This document shows positions 13,330 to 25,039 of a stretch of 59,773 bases of DNA, in pieces (the stretch's first letter is position 1; every line of letters begins with the position of its first letter). The stretch covers positions 73,927,828 through 73,987,600 of the forward strand of contig NC_057718.1 of NCBI RefSeq assembly GCF_004010195.1. The letters run 5' to 3'. Position numbers and translations under genes: made by a program. Origin of the DNA: Chiloscyllium plagiosum. Its lineage: Eukaryota. The notes under the pieces were generated by a model. It was not told where the DNA came from, made no database searches, and saw nothing but the letters and a program-made list of their open reading frames with translations.

Positions 13330-15248
13330 TTAAACCGTAAGTTTCTTCAGGGCGTTTAATAACTCCCGAGTTTGTTCAGCAAACTGCCCGTCTCTAATAC
13401 TACCCCCGCTCAAGAGGGATTCACGTTGTTCCATCTCGAGATTCATTCGTTCAACCTGCCCATAGGGAACATCCCTCTTAGTAAGGGCGGTTTCGATCAG
13501 TCGTTGAGTTAATCCCCGGACGCAGGGAATAACGCAACACCCAAGGGCAGTGAGTACCCCTGCCGCCACTATACATGAGACAAGAAAGGGAACGACCACC
13601 CCCGTCCATTTACCGAACCAAGCTTCCAACCAGTCCGTGTGGCCAGAGTCGATGCCCGAGTTTTCGGCCAGTTGGTCCGCCAATGTGGTGAGTCCATCCA
13701 GGGAGCGGGTGATGGACCCATCAGGGGCTGTGTTGTTGGGGATGAAAGTGCAGCACTGAGTGCCTATCATGACACAAACACCCCCCTTCTCTGCCAACAT
13801 CATGTCTAAGGCCAACCTATTTTCCCACGCCATCCTACTGGTGGCGTCCAGTTGTTCTGCTATTCCTTTCACTGCATCCCGGGTATAATTAATGAACCTC
13901 TGCTGATTGTAGTAAATATAATTAATCCAATCCACGTTCTTATTGATGGTCACCCACCAGAACAGTGACGACTCAAAACCCGCCGCTATCTGGTTCCTAG
14001 CCTTGTATTTGTCAGGAACACCCCTGGGGACCCCTATGGATCTAAATATATGTTATCATCGAAAGAGGTCTCCAAAGCTCTCTGTTTTTCCACTGGAACG
14101 GGGTTGCTCTTGTTTTTCGAATGCCAGGGTGAATGGGATGGCCAATTGAACGATTGCACAAGTGCCCGTCCATTTTTGGGGCAGGGTCGGTCGCAGAACC
14201 CTCCCACCACAGTACCACCAGAGGTCTGCCCTAGGCACATGAATGTGGGAGTAATTCCCGCCCCCGGTAGTTTCATTGACCAGCCGAATTGATCCGCTGC
14301 ACTTGTCAAATGTTCCCACATCGTTGTCCCACTGTAGTCCCGTCCGAGAGCCGCAGGCCTGGTGCGTACCCGTTACCCCTGAGAATGATGGCGGGCGGGG
14401 CGCCCCCTCAAACCTGACGGGGGGAAACTTCAAACTCAAGGGTCGACAAGTGGAGTCGTTCCAGGCCTCTCGGTCCTGGTACAGTCTTATCATGCAGTCC
14501 AAGGCTCGTGGGTGTTTCTCCCATCCCAGCGGGAATGGGACCACCTGAGGGTTAGGGCGGGCACTCGTGCATGCGTAGCAATCACTCTTTTTCATGCTCC
14601 TCACAGTATATTTGACCCATTCCATCCAGGCATTCGCCTCCCCGTATCCCTTCTATTTCAAAGGTCTTTTCCAAATCCGTCACCTCAATTATTCTAATCT
14701 TTTCCTGCTCATCGGTGGCCGATGAGCCCCCAGACTCAGCTTCAATGACCGTGATATACGTGCAGCACAGCTGCAACCCCTCCTGTCCTGCCTGGCCCCC
14801 AACCCTAATACCCAGTATTGTTCCATTAAGGCTCGCCCCGTTGTTTCCCAAGTTCTTTATGGTCAGAGCGGATTGCACTGATTCTGCCCACAATCCTGTC
14901 CAGGGGTGATGGGATCACGGACAACTGACACCATAGCCTGGACCCCGGGGGCTGGAGGCCTATTTATGCCTTCCCTACCATGCAATTGTAATACTAACAT
15001 CTGACCCTGGAATCCCCTTTCTCTCTCTAGGTTCCGCTTAGTTTGATACAGTTCACCTTTAGTCCTACAGGGCACCAACCCACATAGGTCTAAGCTAAAT
15101 GTCTGTGTTGGCTTGTTGGCAAGCACGGAGATGGAGAACCACTGACGGTCCTCTGCTTGTTTTTTCCGGAGGCCAAATTGGGTAACACGCACACTATGAC
15201 CCAGCCAAGGATAATGGCATAGCAAGTTAACAATATGATTGACCGCAT
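13330..15248 (-). pseudogene. env: ERV env (gamma-type SU/TM, ERV-Pb1/PABLB-like)
   Basis: Signal peptide MRSIILLTCYAIILGWVIVCV; CYAC (CXXC); LWWYCGG; IGVPRGVPDKYKARNQIAAGFES; ISD ENRLALDMMLAEKGGVC; CX6CC CVMIGTQCC; TM helix; several frameshifts in SU, open from ~14037 to 13330. Confidence 0.95.
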
Positions 15249-15316
15249 TTTGTCGCGACACCTGTAGCCAGAGGGCACAGTTCCTTTAGACTCGCCAAAG
15301 TCCGATTAGTTTGTTC

Positions 15317-18300
15317 TCAGGGTCTCTGTTCCATAGATGCCTTTGTCAGAGAGGTTCGTTCGTCCTCCGTCGGTTGTGGCACTGGTCCCTTGACTCGAGT
15401 GTAGTGTGTCCAGCCCTTTTCGGTAGTCAAAAGTACCAGGAAGGGACTGTCCCAAGTTGGTTCGAGGGTACGTTGCTTCCAGCTTTTAATCAGGACCCAC
15501 TGACCCGGCTTGACGGTGTGCACCGCAAACTCGAGGGGCGGCGTCTGTGCCAAAAGTCCCTGTTGGCGTAAACGAAATAGAGCAGACCCCAGAGCCACCA
15601 CATATTTTTGCACAAACATATCCCGAGACTCGAATAAGGGAGGTTCTCCCTTCGGCCCATGGAACGGGAGGCCAAACAGCATTTCGAAAGGGGAGACGCC
15701 CAAATCCCGCCTTGGCTGGGTGCGAATTTGCAACAGGGCGAGGGGTAGGCATTTGGTAACTCTCTTCAGCCCCTGCCTCCCTTCCCAAGAGATGGGGTAT
15801 TGGTGCACTCTGACGTCGGGGCTCTGGGGCTTTAATTTTACCTCCACAGGTCGAACTGCGAGCCCCCCTCCGGTTCCCTTTGGCGACCCAAACCCTAGGG
15901 TCTATCTCTGTCAATCGGGACTCACTAAGGTATGACATGGTAATGGCTAATTCTTCCTCTTCTCCCACTTCTATTCGTAATCCGAAACGGACTATCAAAT
16001 CCCGTCCCAACAACCCATAGGGAAGGTGCGGGAGGTGAAGGAGTTCCACTTAGAGCTCCTCCTCCTCCAGCCGCAAGGGCTGTGGTTCAAATATTCTTGC
16101 ACTGAAAAGCTGGCGGCCATCGGGTAAGGTCCACTTCCCTTCCCTATCCTTTGTACCCCCCAGAGACGCAAGGAGAGTTTCTTCTTTTTCAGTAAACGTG
16201 GGCACTTCGGTAATTTCGGATATCTGGGGAATCCTTACCAGGCAGTTTATTACTTCCTTCCCCCTCCCGGCCAATTTTGCCTGTTCATCTGCCAATTGGT
16301 TCCCCAGGGTCTCTATTTTATCGTCTTTCTGGTGCCCTTTCACATGTACTACAGCAATCTCTTGTGGCAGCAACAAATCCTCCAAGATCATGGCTACTAG
16401 TTCCTCGTGCACCAACTTCTTTCCTCTGCTATTTATCATTCCCCTTTCCTTCCAGATCTTCCCAAAGGTGTGTACTACCCCAAAGGCATACTTAGAGTCA
16501 GTGTATATTGTCCCGGCTATTCCCTTTAAATTCCTCAAAGCCCGGTGCAAGGCGTACAATTCGCACGTTTGTGCGGGCCAGGCATTCGGTAGCCGTCCAC
16601 TTTCCACTAATTCCCAACCAGTCTCACTAATGACTGCATAACCGTTGTGTCTTTTCCCATCTATCACTCGAGAGGACCCGTCAATGTACCACCGCCTTCC
16701 TGCATGTAAGGGGGTGTCCCTCAGATCTTCCCTCACTTTACTCTGGTACTCTATTATGTCTGAACAGCAGTGTTCCAGTTCCTCCTCCCCTTCCCCTTTC
16801 CAAAGGAAGTCCGCCGGGTTCTGGCAGCCCCCGACTTCTATTCGGAGGTCCTCTCGGTCTAACAGTATGGCTTCATATTTCAGAATTCTCGAATCAGTCA
16901 GCCACCTTCCAGCCTTCTGATTCAGGATAGTTCTAACCTGGTGGGGAGTAGTGACTGTCAAGGGGGCCCCGAAAGTCAACTTCCTGCTTTCCTCTACCAG
17001 CTTTGCCGTGGCTGCCACCGCTTGGACACACTCCGGCCACCCTCGGGAGACTTGTTCCAGAATTCTTGACAGGAAAGCCACGGGCTTCCTTTTTCCCCCC
17101 CAATCCTGGGTCAATACTCCAAGAGCGGTTCCCTTCCTGGAGTTTACAAAGAGACGAAATGTCTTACTAAAATCCGGCAAGCTTAAAACAGGTGCGGTCA
17201 TCAATTTTTCTTTTAGTATTCCAATTACCTTTTTCTCCTCCTCCTCCCATTTTATTCTGTTGGGTGCCTCCTCAATGAGTTTTAGGTCCAAGTCTTTAGT
17301 AAGGGGGGCATAGTCGTCTATCCATAACCGACAATAGGCTAAGAGTCCCAAGAACTTCCGCAACTCCCTCTTGGTTGTTGGGAGGCCTAGTTCGATTATT
17401 GCCCGCACTCTTTCCGGACTTATTCGTTTCTGTTCCTGACTTATCAAGTGTCCCAGGTACTTAACCTCTTTCTCGACATATTGGAGCTTCTTCTGACTCA
17501 CTCTTAACCCCTTCTCAGCTAGGTAATTTAAGAGGGCATTAGTCCCAAGTAGGACGTCCTCCTCCGTGGGTCCGGATAAAAGGAGATCGTCCACGTATTG
17601 TTTAAGCTTAAGGGCCGGGGACAAGGTTAGTCCTTCCAATAATTGTTCCAGAATCTGCCCGAACAGAGTCGGGGACTCAGTGAATCCTTGGGGGAGCACG
17701 GTCCACCTGTACTGCTGTTTTCTGCCAGTATCAGGATCCTCCCATTCGAAAGCAAAAAGATCCCTACTGTCCTTGTCCAGGGGACACGCCCAGAAGGCAT
17801 CCTTTAAGTCTATAACACTAAACCAGCCGTGGTCCGGGGGTATTCGCCCCAGAATAGTGTATGGGTTCGGTACCACAGGGTGCCGTACTTGGACAATTTT
17901 ATTTATTTCCCTTAGGTCTTGGACCATTCGGTAGCTCCCGTCCGACTTCCGGACTGGCAGGATGGGGGAATTGTATCGTGACATACAGGGCTCTAACAAT
18001 CCATCTTTTACTGGGTCTTCCATAACTGTCTTCAGGCCCTGCCTCCCTTCCCAAGAGATGGGGTATTGGCGCACTCTGACGTCGGGGCTCTGGGGCTTTA
18101 ATTTTACCTCCACAGGTCGAATTGCGAGTCCCCCCGGTTCCCTTTGGCGACCCAAACCCTAGGGTCTATCTCTGTCAATCGGGACTCACTAAGGTATGAC
18201 ATGGTAATGGCTAATTCTTCCTCTTCCACTTCTATTCGTAATCCGAAACGGACTATCAAATCCCGTCCCAACAACCCATAGGGAAGATGGGGGAGGTGAA

Positions 18301-18556
18301 GGAGTTCCACCTGGAGCTCCTTCTCCTCCAGCCGCAAGGGTTGTGGTTCGAATATTTTCGCACTAAAAACCCCACCCTTAACTCCTGAAATGTTTAATGT
18401 TTTAGCTTGGAAGCCAACCCCCCTAGGATGGAGGGGAATTGGGGACCTGCCGGCGCCTGTGTCAACTAAGAAGGTAACATCTTGTCTAAATGGGCCCACC
18501 CGTAAATTTACCAGGGGTTCTTGGTAGGCCCGTGTTCCGATCCTCCCCTGACTTCC
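15317..18556 (-). pseudogene. pol: ERV pro-pol (protease, RT, RNase H, integrase C-terminal remnant)
   Basis: FLVDTGA protease; LPQG and YVDD RT motifs; RNase H DGSS/TDSKYAF/HVKGHQ/GNQLAD; frameshift in a G-run ~18130-18135; IN HHCC and DDE region replaced by 15757-16108; IN C-terminus LPLALLQIRTQPR...SPFEMLFG...WDSPF retained. Confidence 0.95.
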
Positions 18557-19616
18557 CTAATCCATTTGTTCACGCTCCATTTCAGACATCCCATCCCTTT
18601 TAAACTCGGGACAATCCCTTTTGAAGTGTCCCAGTTTCCCGCAATGGTAACATCCGGCCATCGGAGGCCGCTCAATTCCATAAGATCCTCCTCTCTCACT
18701 TCTGCCCCGTCTCGCTTCTCTCCCCCTCCAACTTTTCTTCGACATTCCTCTTTCCACCCCATAACCTCCCTCCCCCATTCCGGTGGACTTACAAGCATCC
18801 CGTACGGCTGCCACCATCATTTTTGTCTTATGTTTCACCCTTATTACATCCCTCTGAACGTACACCTTCTGTGCTTCCCGTAATAATTCTGCAACATCCT
18901 TTTCAGCCCAATCCTCCACTTTCTGTAATTTCTTCTGAATGTCAGGCCTTGACTTAGTCACAAAGTGCACCTTAAGCATGCCCTTGCCTATTTCCCCATC
19001 GGGGTCTAAACCTGAATACTTTCGCATGGACTCCCGCAAACGGTCTAAAAACTCACTCGGGGATTCATCCTTTTTCTGTCCAACTTCGAATGCTTTCGCT
19101 AAATTCCGCTGTTTGGGCACGCAGGTTTGGATCCCCCTGATTATAAGGCTTCTGAGATCTGTCATATTGGCCCGTCCCCCCGCGTCGTTATGATCCCACC
19201 GTGGGTCCTCTAAGGGGTATTTCTGCTCTCCACGCTGAGGGCCGTCCTGATGCTCCCTATCCCAAATGGCCATTGCACTATTCCGGATCATAACAATTTC
19301 ATCGTAATTAAATAGTATTCTCATCATGGCCTGCAATTAGGCTCTTGTGTATATACTGGGCCCCAGAAATTGATCCAGTTGTATTCCCACACTGATGGCG
19401 TCGTCCAGTAGACGGGGTAGTTCATTACGGAGTTGCCGGATATCCCCAGAATTTAAAGGTTGTACTACGAACCCAGTCCGTTCGTTCCCAAACGGCACCT
19501 CTCGTAAGGGGTTCAGCTGTTCAATATTGTCACTCCTACCAGCTCTCAATTCCTCTTCTCGACCTTTCCGCATCTCGAGTCGGACTGATTTCCTAGTGCC
19601 TGGGGTGGGTCCTGCG
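18557..19616 (-). pseudogene. gag: ERV gag (CA-NC part; N-terminus lost in N gap)
   Basis: Major homology region QKKDESPSEFLDRLRESMRKY, single CCHC knuckle CYHCGKLGHFKRDC; one in-frame premature TAA at 19337-19339; ends at TAG 18557-18559. Confidence 0.93.
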
Positions 19617-19908
19617 NNNNNNNNNNNNNNNNNNNNNNNNNNNNNNNNNNNNNNNNNNNNNNNNNNNNNNNNNNNNNNNNNNNNNNNNNNNNNNNNNNNN
19701 NNNNNNNNNNNNNNNNNNNNNNNNNNNNNNNNNNNNNNNNNNNNNNNNNNNNNNNNNNNNNNNNNNNNNNNNNNNNNNNNNNNNNNNNNNNNNNNNNNNN
19801 NNNNNNNNNNNNNNNNNNNNNNNNNNNNNNNNNNNNNNNNNNNNNNNNNNNNNNNNNNNNNNNNNNNNNNNNNNNNNNNNNNNNNNNNNNNNNNNNNNNN
19901 NNNNNNNN
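19617..19908. other. Assembly gap (292 N)
   Basis: Run of N between ERV leader repeats and gag. Confidence 0.99.
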
Positions 19909-20060
19909 GTCCTGGTCTTAGACGCCCAAAGCGTTTTCACAGATGACCGTCAAACCACAATTTCCCGTGGTTTATCTTCGGTCCTGGTCTTAAACGCCTA
20001 AGACGTTTTCACAGATGACCGTCAAAACCACGTGGCCAACAAGGAAGAACAAAAAAAATC

Positions 20061-20070
20061 TCTTACCTTG
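20061..20070 (-). promoter_or_regulatory. Probable ERV splice donor for env mRNA
   Basis: Minus strand CAAG|GTAAGA in the leader between PBS and gag. Confidence 0.6.
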
Positions 20071-20337
20071 TTCCGTGCACGGAGTTGTCTGGCCTTTTTA
20101 AATGTGTGTACCCTCGTGTATAGTCACTAACCGGTCGTCCCAACACTCGTCCGTGTGTTCCTTTTCCAGGATTCAAAATTATTTTTAAATAAGCCGGGTC
20201 ACATCCTCTCTTGGCCGACGGCCGACGGACCAAGCTGATCAGTGAGAAGTATAAATATATACTAGACGCGTCTTTGTTGTGATCAGGCTTGATCCGTGAG
20301 CCGAAGAGACTGCCCCCCCCCCGGCAATAATTATTTC

Positions 20338-20355
20338 ATCCCGGACGAGCCCCCA
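20338..20355 (-). promoter_or_regulatory. ERV primer binding site, tRNA-Pro
   Basis: Minus strand TGGGGGCTCGTCCGGGAT, the canonical 18-nt tRNA-Pro PBS (as in MLV), 2 nt from the LTR end. Confidence 0.97.
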
Positions 20356-20357
20356 AT

Positions 20358-20853
20358 TGTGCGAGCTAAGCGGCTGTCCGGCCCCATCTCCGGCACTTTT
20401 ATTTCCCTTCCCAGGAACAAAGACACGGAGGAGTCTGTCCAAGACTTTTTCATTCAACTTTGCAAAGTCGGGTGTTGTTCCCGTAGGTACACACACAAAC
20501 ATAGTAATCTCCACGCATTATATACACGTATATGTGGGCTGGGTCGCCTACTGCTGTCTTGACCAATGAGTGCTAGGGTTCCCCACTGTTTTCCTTATTT
20601 GGTGCCTGCGATTATTTTGTTATTCACTTGGCCAATTAGTGTTCAAGCTCCCCGTTCTTTCCTTATATGGATGATGTTGTACAACTGTGGTTAAGGGCGG
20701 TCTCTCAACTATCGAGGAAAGCTGTTACAATTGTTTCATTCATAAAAACATGGGGGAGGTCCGGCAACAGTTTCGAGTGTCTGCTTGTGTTTACTATAAG
20801 GTAGAAAAGACTAAAATGCAGCTAACCGTTTAAAAATTACACTACCCCTTACA
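20358..20853 (-). repeat. ERV 5' LTR (496 bp)
   Basis: Direct repeat of 12994-13295; minus-strand TATATAA (~20518-20524), CCAAT-type motifs, AATAAA (20398-20403); followed by PBS. Confidence 0.95.
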
Positions 20854-22309
20854 GTTTCGCACACACTCAAGTATGTTCACATCTCTGCTGTAATGTGGCA
20901 CCCATAGCTGTGCACAGCGTTCCAGCTGAGGTCTAACACATGTCTTGTACAAGTCCCATATAGCTTCCTGCTCTGATACTCTGTCTTTATTAATAAAGTT
21001 GAGAATTCCAGTTTGACTGTTCTTTTCATCTGTCCTGCCATCTTCAATGATCAGTGCCCATTTACACCTGGGGCTCTCTGTTCGTGCACCCACTTTAGAA
21101 TTGTACCCCTTATTTTGTATTGTCTTTCAATATTCTTCCAACCAAATTCATCAGCTCACACATGTGTATTGAACCTCATCTGCCACCTGTCTGGGCACAC
21201 CAGCTCCTTTGGATCTATTAAGAGTTAATGAACGTAACTCGCATGAAGGTTTTGCTCAAATATTTTGTTTCTGAAATGATTTCAGATGTTGCTTTTTCTA
21301 TCCAAACATGACTGCATTCCCTCTCGACCAGTGTATACATGATGCATGACCAAATGGTACATGACCAAATACGATCCATAATTTGGATCCTAACATGCGC
21401 AATTCAGGTTGTGAATTGTGCCTTAATGAGCAACAGTACATCAGTGGTCAAGCGCCTCTTCTATGCATCATACGCATCTTTTGCTTTATGCCATTCCCAT
21501 TTCAATTTTTTTTTCTTTGGGGACATGAAAAAAAAACACTGGCTGGTAAGATTGGGGAGAATCCCAAGATATTGTATAAGTGTATTAAAAGTAACAGAAT
21601 AACCAGAGAAAGAATAGATCCATTAGGGACCAAGGGGACAATTTTTGCATGGATCTGGAGGACATTAGTAGGGTGTTCAATGCGTACTATACATCTCTTT
21701 CATGGGACTTTGTTGAAAGTCTTTTGAAATTAATCTCATCCACTGTCTCTGCCTGATCAACTCTTAATTACATCTTCAGAACAATTGTGTAGATTTGTCA
21801 AGTGTAATTTCCTTTTTGTAAATCCATGCTGACTGTGTCTAATTCTACCACTGTTTTCTAAGTGTTCTGCTATAAAATCCTTGATAATGGACTTCAGTGT
21901 TTTCCCCGCTACTGATTTCTAACTTGGTGTTCTATAATTCCCTTTTTTCTCTTGCTCCCTTTTTAAATTGTGGGCTTACATTAGCTACCTTCAAATCTGT
22001 AGGAACTGATCCAGAGTCAAAAGATGACTACCAGGATGTTGCTTAGGGTGGAGCAGTTTAGCTATGAAAAGGGACTGGATAAAGTCAGTTGTTTACATTG
22101 GAGCTGATTAAGGAGCATGGACAGGGTGGATAGGAAGCAACTGTTTCCCTTCGTTGAAGGCAATTGAAGATTTTATTATTAGAACTTAAATTTCACCAGC
22201 TGCAATAGTGGGATTTGATTCGCTCTCCCAGAGGTTTACCTAGGCCTCTAGATTACTAGTACTCTGACATTACTACACTGCCACCAACACCCCTGAGTGC
22301 ACACTTGAG

Positions 22310-22440
22310 ATTCCTGATGAAGGGCTTATGCCCAAAACATTGACTCTCCTGTTCCTTGGATGTCGCCTGACCTGTCGTGCTTTTCCAGCACCACACTCTC
22401 GACTCTGATCTCCAGCATCTGCAGTCCTCACTTTCTCCTT
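22310..22440 (+). mobile_element. Solo Penelope pLTR end (another at ~58221-58312)
   Basis: Homologous to 239-368 with degenerate hammerhead core. Confidence 0.75.
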
Positions 22441-22751
22441 CCTGAACACTTGAGAAGCCAAGGTGAAATTCATTATCTTGATTTAAGAATATTTGGTTAA
22501 AATGTGACATAAGTTTGAAAAAAACGCTTCTTTTTTCAACCTGAACATTTGAAGTTGTCTGAAGAGTTATGAGAAGTGTATCTGAACTGCTGCCATGCCC
22601 ATTTCACAGTTAATTTTATAAGTTATATAATAACAATGCAAATTCTTGGAAGATGATGCCTGGGATTGAGCAGTTTAGCTTTGAAGAGGGGCTTGAAGCC
22701 CAGTTTTAAAATTGCTAAATTACTTTTCAGTTGTATTTGTCTTTTTATTAG

Positions 22752-22836
22752 ATTGATGTTCCAGTCCTCGTAAACCAGAAGTTGTTAAAAGCAGCAATGA
22801 AGCATATTGAAGTTATATCAAAAGCAAGGCAAAAAG
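22752..22836 (+). CDS. SNX14: SNX14 coding exon D (PXA domain)
   Basis: ttattag|ATT...AAAG|gtatta; [28 protein letters not shown]; 85 nt. Confidence 0.95.
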
Positions 22837-25039
22837 GTATTAAAAATACATCTTTCTCTGAAAAGTTCACCTCTGCAAGAAAAGTACAGATTTTTAAATT
22901 CCGAATAGATGTCCTCAAATAGAATTCTAGAAGTTTTTTTTTCCTTTAATGAAAGAATTGTTAATTATTAGGTTAAAAATGGTATTCAATTTCTGCAACT
23001 GTAATATTGTGTCCCATAACTGTTAACTAATTTTGGTTATTCACTATTGACAAGTTGATTTTTTCACCATGATAGTAGTTTGTAATGTTTTGTCGACTGT
23101 TCTAATTCCTGGATTGACTGGATAGTTGTAATCTTAGAATCTCATTAGAGATAATCCTATTGACTGGCAACTGTCACATGATAGGCTTGTATATTGAACG
23201 GTTAGAACTTAGTTAAATTTTTCTGAAAAAAAAGTACATGTCCACGGTCTTAAATTGTACCCAACATCAGATATGATTCTGTGATTGGACAACATTTATT
23301 AAATAATACTGAGTACACAAAGAATTATGCTGACAACCTATTTAAAATTCCATTGGGCTTGCAGTGTGGCACACAGTTGATTTTTAGGGTGTTTGTGATC
23401 ACAGTTTCTAATATTGGCAGATGACGATTTGACACAGATTTTCTGATAGTTTGAGTTTAAGAAGCAACAGTTTAGATCTGAGATATTAGTTAATTAGGCA
23501 AAGAAAGGATGCTTCACTTGTCCCGAAGCTGTTCTGTGCAATGGAGGAGTAGAGGCGGTGCACTTTCATGTTCCAGATGTCTTGCAGTCTTTCTTAGTCT
23601 TTGGTGGCAGCTGTCTCTGTTTTTCACTTGGGGTGATGTCGGGGAACTCCTGGTCTTCCTTGATAAACATGGTGACTTGACCCCCTGCTTTTGCTTATCC
23701 CCTCTCCACATATTTCTATTGATATAAATTATTTTGGAGGCTGGCTATTTCTGATTTGTCAATATCCTGTCTAACCCTCTCTCAGTGATCATGGGCAGCT
23801 ACTCATGCTGCCACGATGACTGATGTCCCCTAGTCCACCTCCATTTGAAGCTTATTTTTCATTCCTTTTAAGAACAAAATCTTGTTTTGTAAAAACATTG
23901 TACTCAATAGGGAAATGTGCTTGATAAATCTTTTGTTTATCCTTGTGGAAAGTGAGTAACTAATATGATACAATTAAGTGAAGTTGCATGTTACATAGGA
24001 ATACCAAATATGGTTAAGGGGGACCTCCATTTCTAATAGTTCTTGCACATGCTGGAAAATTCCAATTAGTATTTGTATACAAGAAGAGCATGTACATTTA
24101 TTCTGATTTAAGCCAGGCAAATTGATCTGATTGATCAAGGCATTGCTCTGGACATCAACCATTTTTTGCTGCGATTGTTTTGTTCAGGTAAAACTAGTGG
24201 TTCATTTTACCAGCTCACCATGGATCACATGTGACTTCTCTTTCACTATCAGCCTGCCATGAGGGACCTTGTCAAAGGTCTTTCTATAATCCATGTAGAC
24301 AACATCCATTGTATTTAGCTTTCTCCCAGTTTAGTACTTTCACCTGATGATGACTATTATTCTTATCCATAAGTAATTTAAAATTTATGGAATTCCCAAA
24401 ATGCTCCCTCACTGAAACTTCACTCATCTGGCCAGGCCCATTTCCCAATACCAGGTCTCGTGTGACCGCTTCCTTAGTTGGACTTTTTACATGTTGCTTT
24501 AAGAAATCATCTTGGATGCATGTAACAAATTCCACCCCATTCCAAGCACCTGACGCTAGAGGAGTCCCAGTTAATATGTGAAGTTAACATTTGTCAATCA
24601 CACAAACCCTGGCGTTTTTACATTTTTACATATTTTACATGTCTGTCTACATACATGACTTGACCTGTCCATGCCAGCATTTATGATGTACTTGAGCTTT
24701 TTAACATTTATCAACTAAATCCATCAGAATGACACTTGGTTCCTTTCTCCCCAGTGCTTGTCTATTTCTCATCCAATATATTCCCACCAAATTTGAATGC
24801 AGAATACAGGGTTAAAGACGGGATTCTTGGCAATGTGGGGAACAGAGGGATCTTGGGATTCATGTCCATTGATCCTTCAAAGTTGTTAGAGTTGTTAAGA
24901 AGGCGTATGGTGTGTTGGCTTTCATGATCGGGGGATTGAGTTTAAGAGGTGCAAGGTTATGCTGCAGTTCTATAGAGCACCAATTAGACCACACTTGGAA
25001 TATTGTGTTCAGTTCTGGTCGCCTCATTATAGGAAGGGT

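Larger units (their letters stand above)
12994..20853 (-). mobile_element. Class I (gamma-like, HERV-I/HERV-IP-related) endogenous retrovirus, defective provirus
   Basis: Two TG...CA LTRs, GTTT target-site duplication (12990-12993 and 20854-20857), PBS, PPT, gag/pro/pol/env homology; sits inside a CR1 fragment whose sequence rejoins across the insertion. Confidence 0.97.
12780..21200 (-). mobile_element. Old CR1 fragment interrupted by the ERV (parts ~12780-12993 and 20854-21200)
   Basis: VRPQLERCAQLWVPHY on the right continues into FTRMAPRMRNFSYENKL on the left. Confidence 0.8.

Noticed and set aside
16198..17934. Plus-strand ORFs antisense to ERV pol as accessory genes
   Set aside because: Short, fragmented shadows of the coding strand with no recognisable motifs
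18125..18140. Programmed ribosomal frameshift between pro and RT
   Set aside because: Class I viruses keep pro-pol in one frame; the two copies of this G-run differ in opposite directions (-1 and +1), as expected for homopolymer slippage or sequencing error
16050..18155. 701-aa ORF as an intact or domesticated Pol gene
   Set aside because: Starts at a frameshift, lacks the integrase core and ends in a duplicated protease fragment with a stop; openness is explained by young age
19395..19946. ORFs of 183 and 115 aa spanning the gap
   Set aside because: Artefacts of translating Ns
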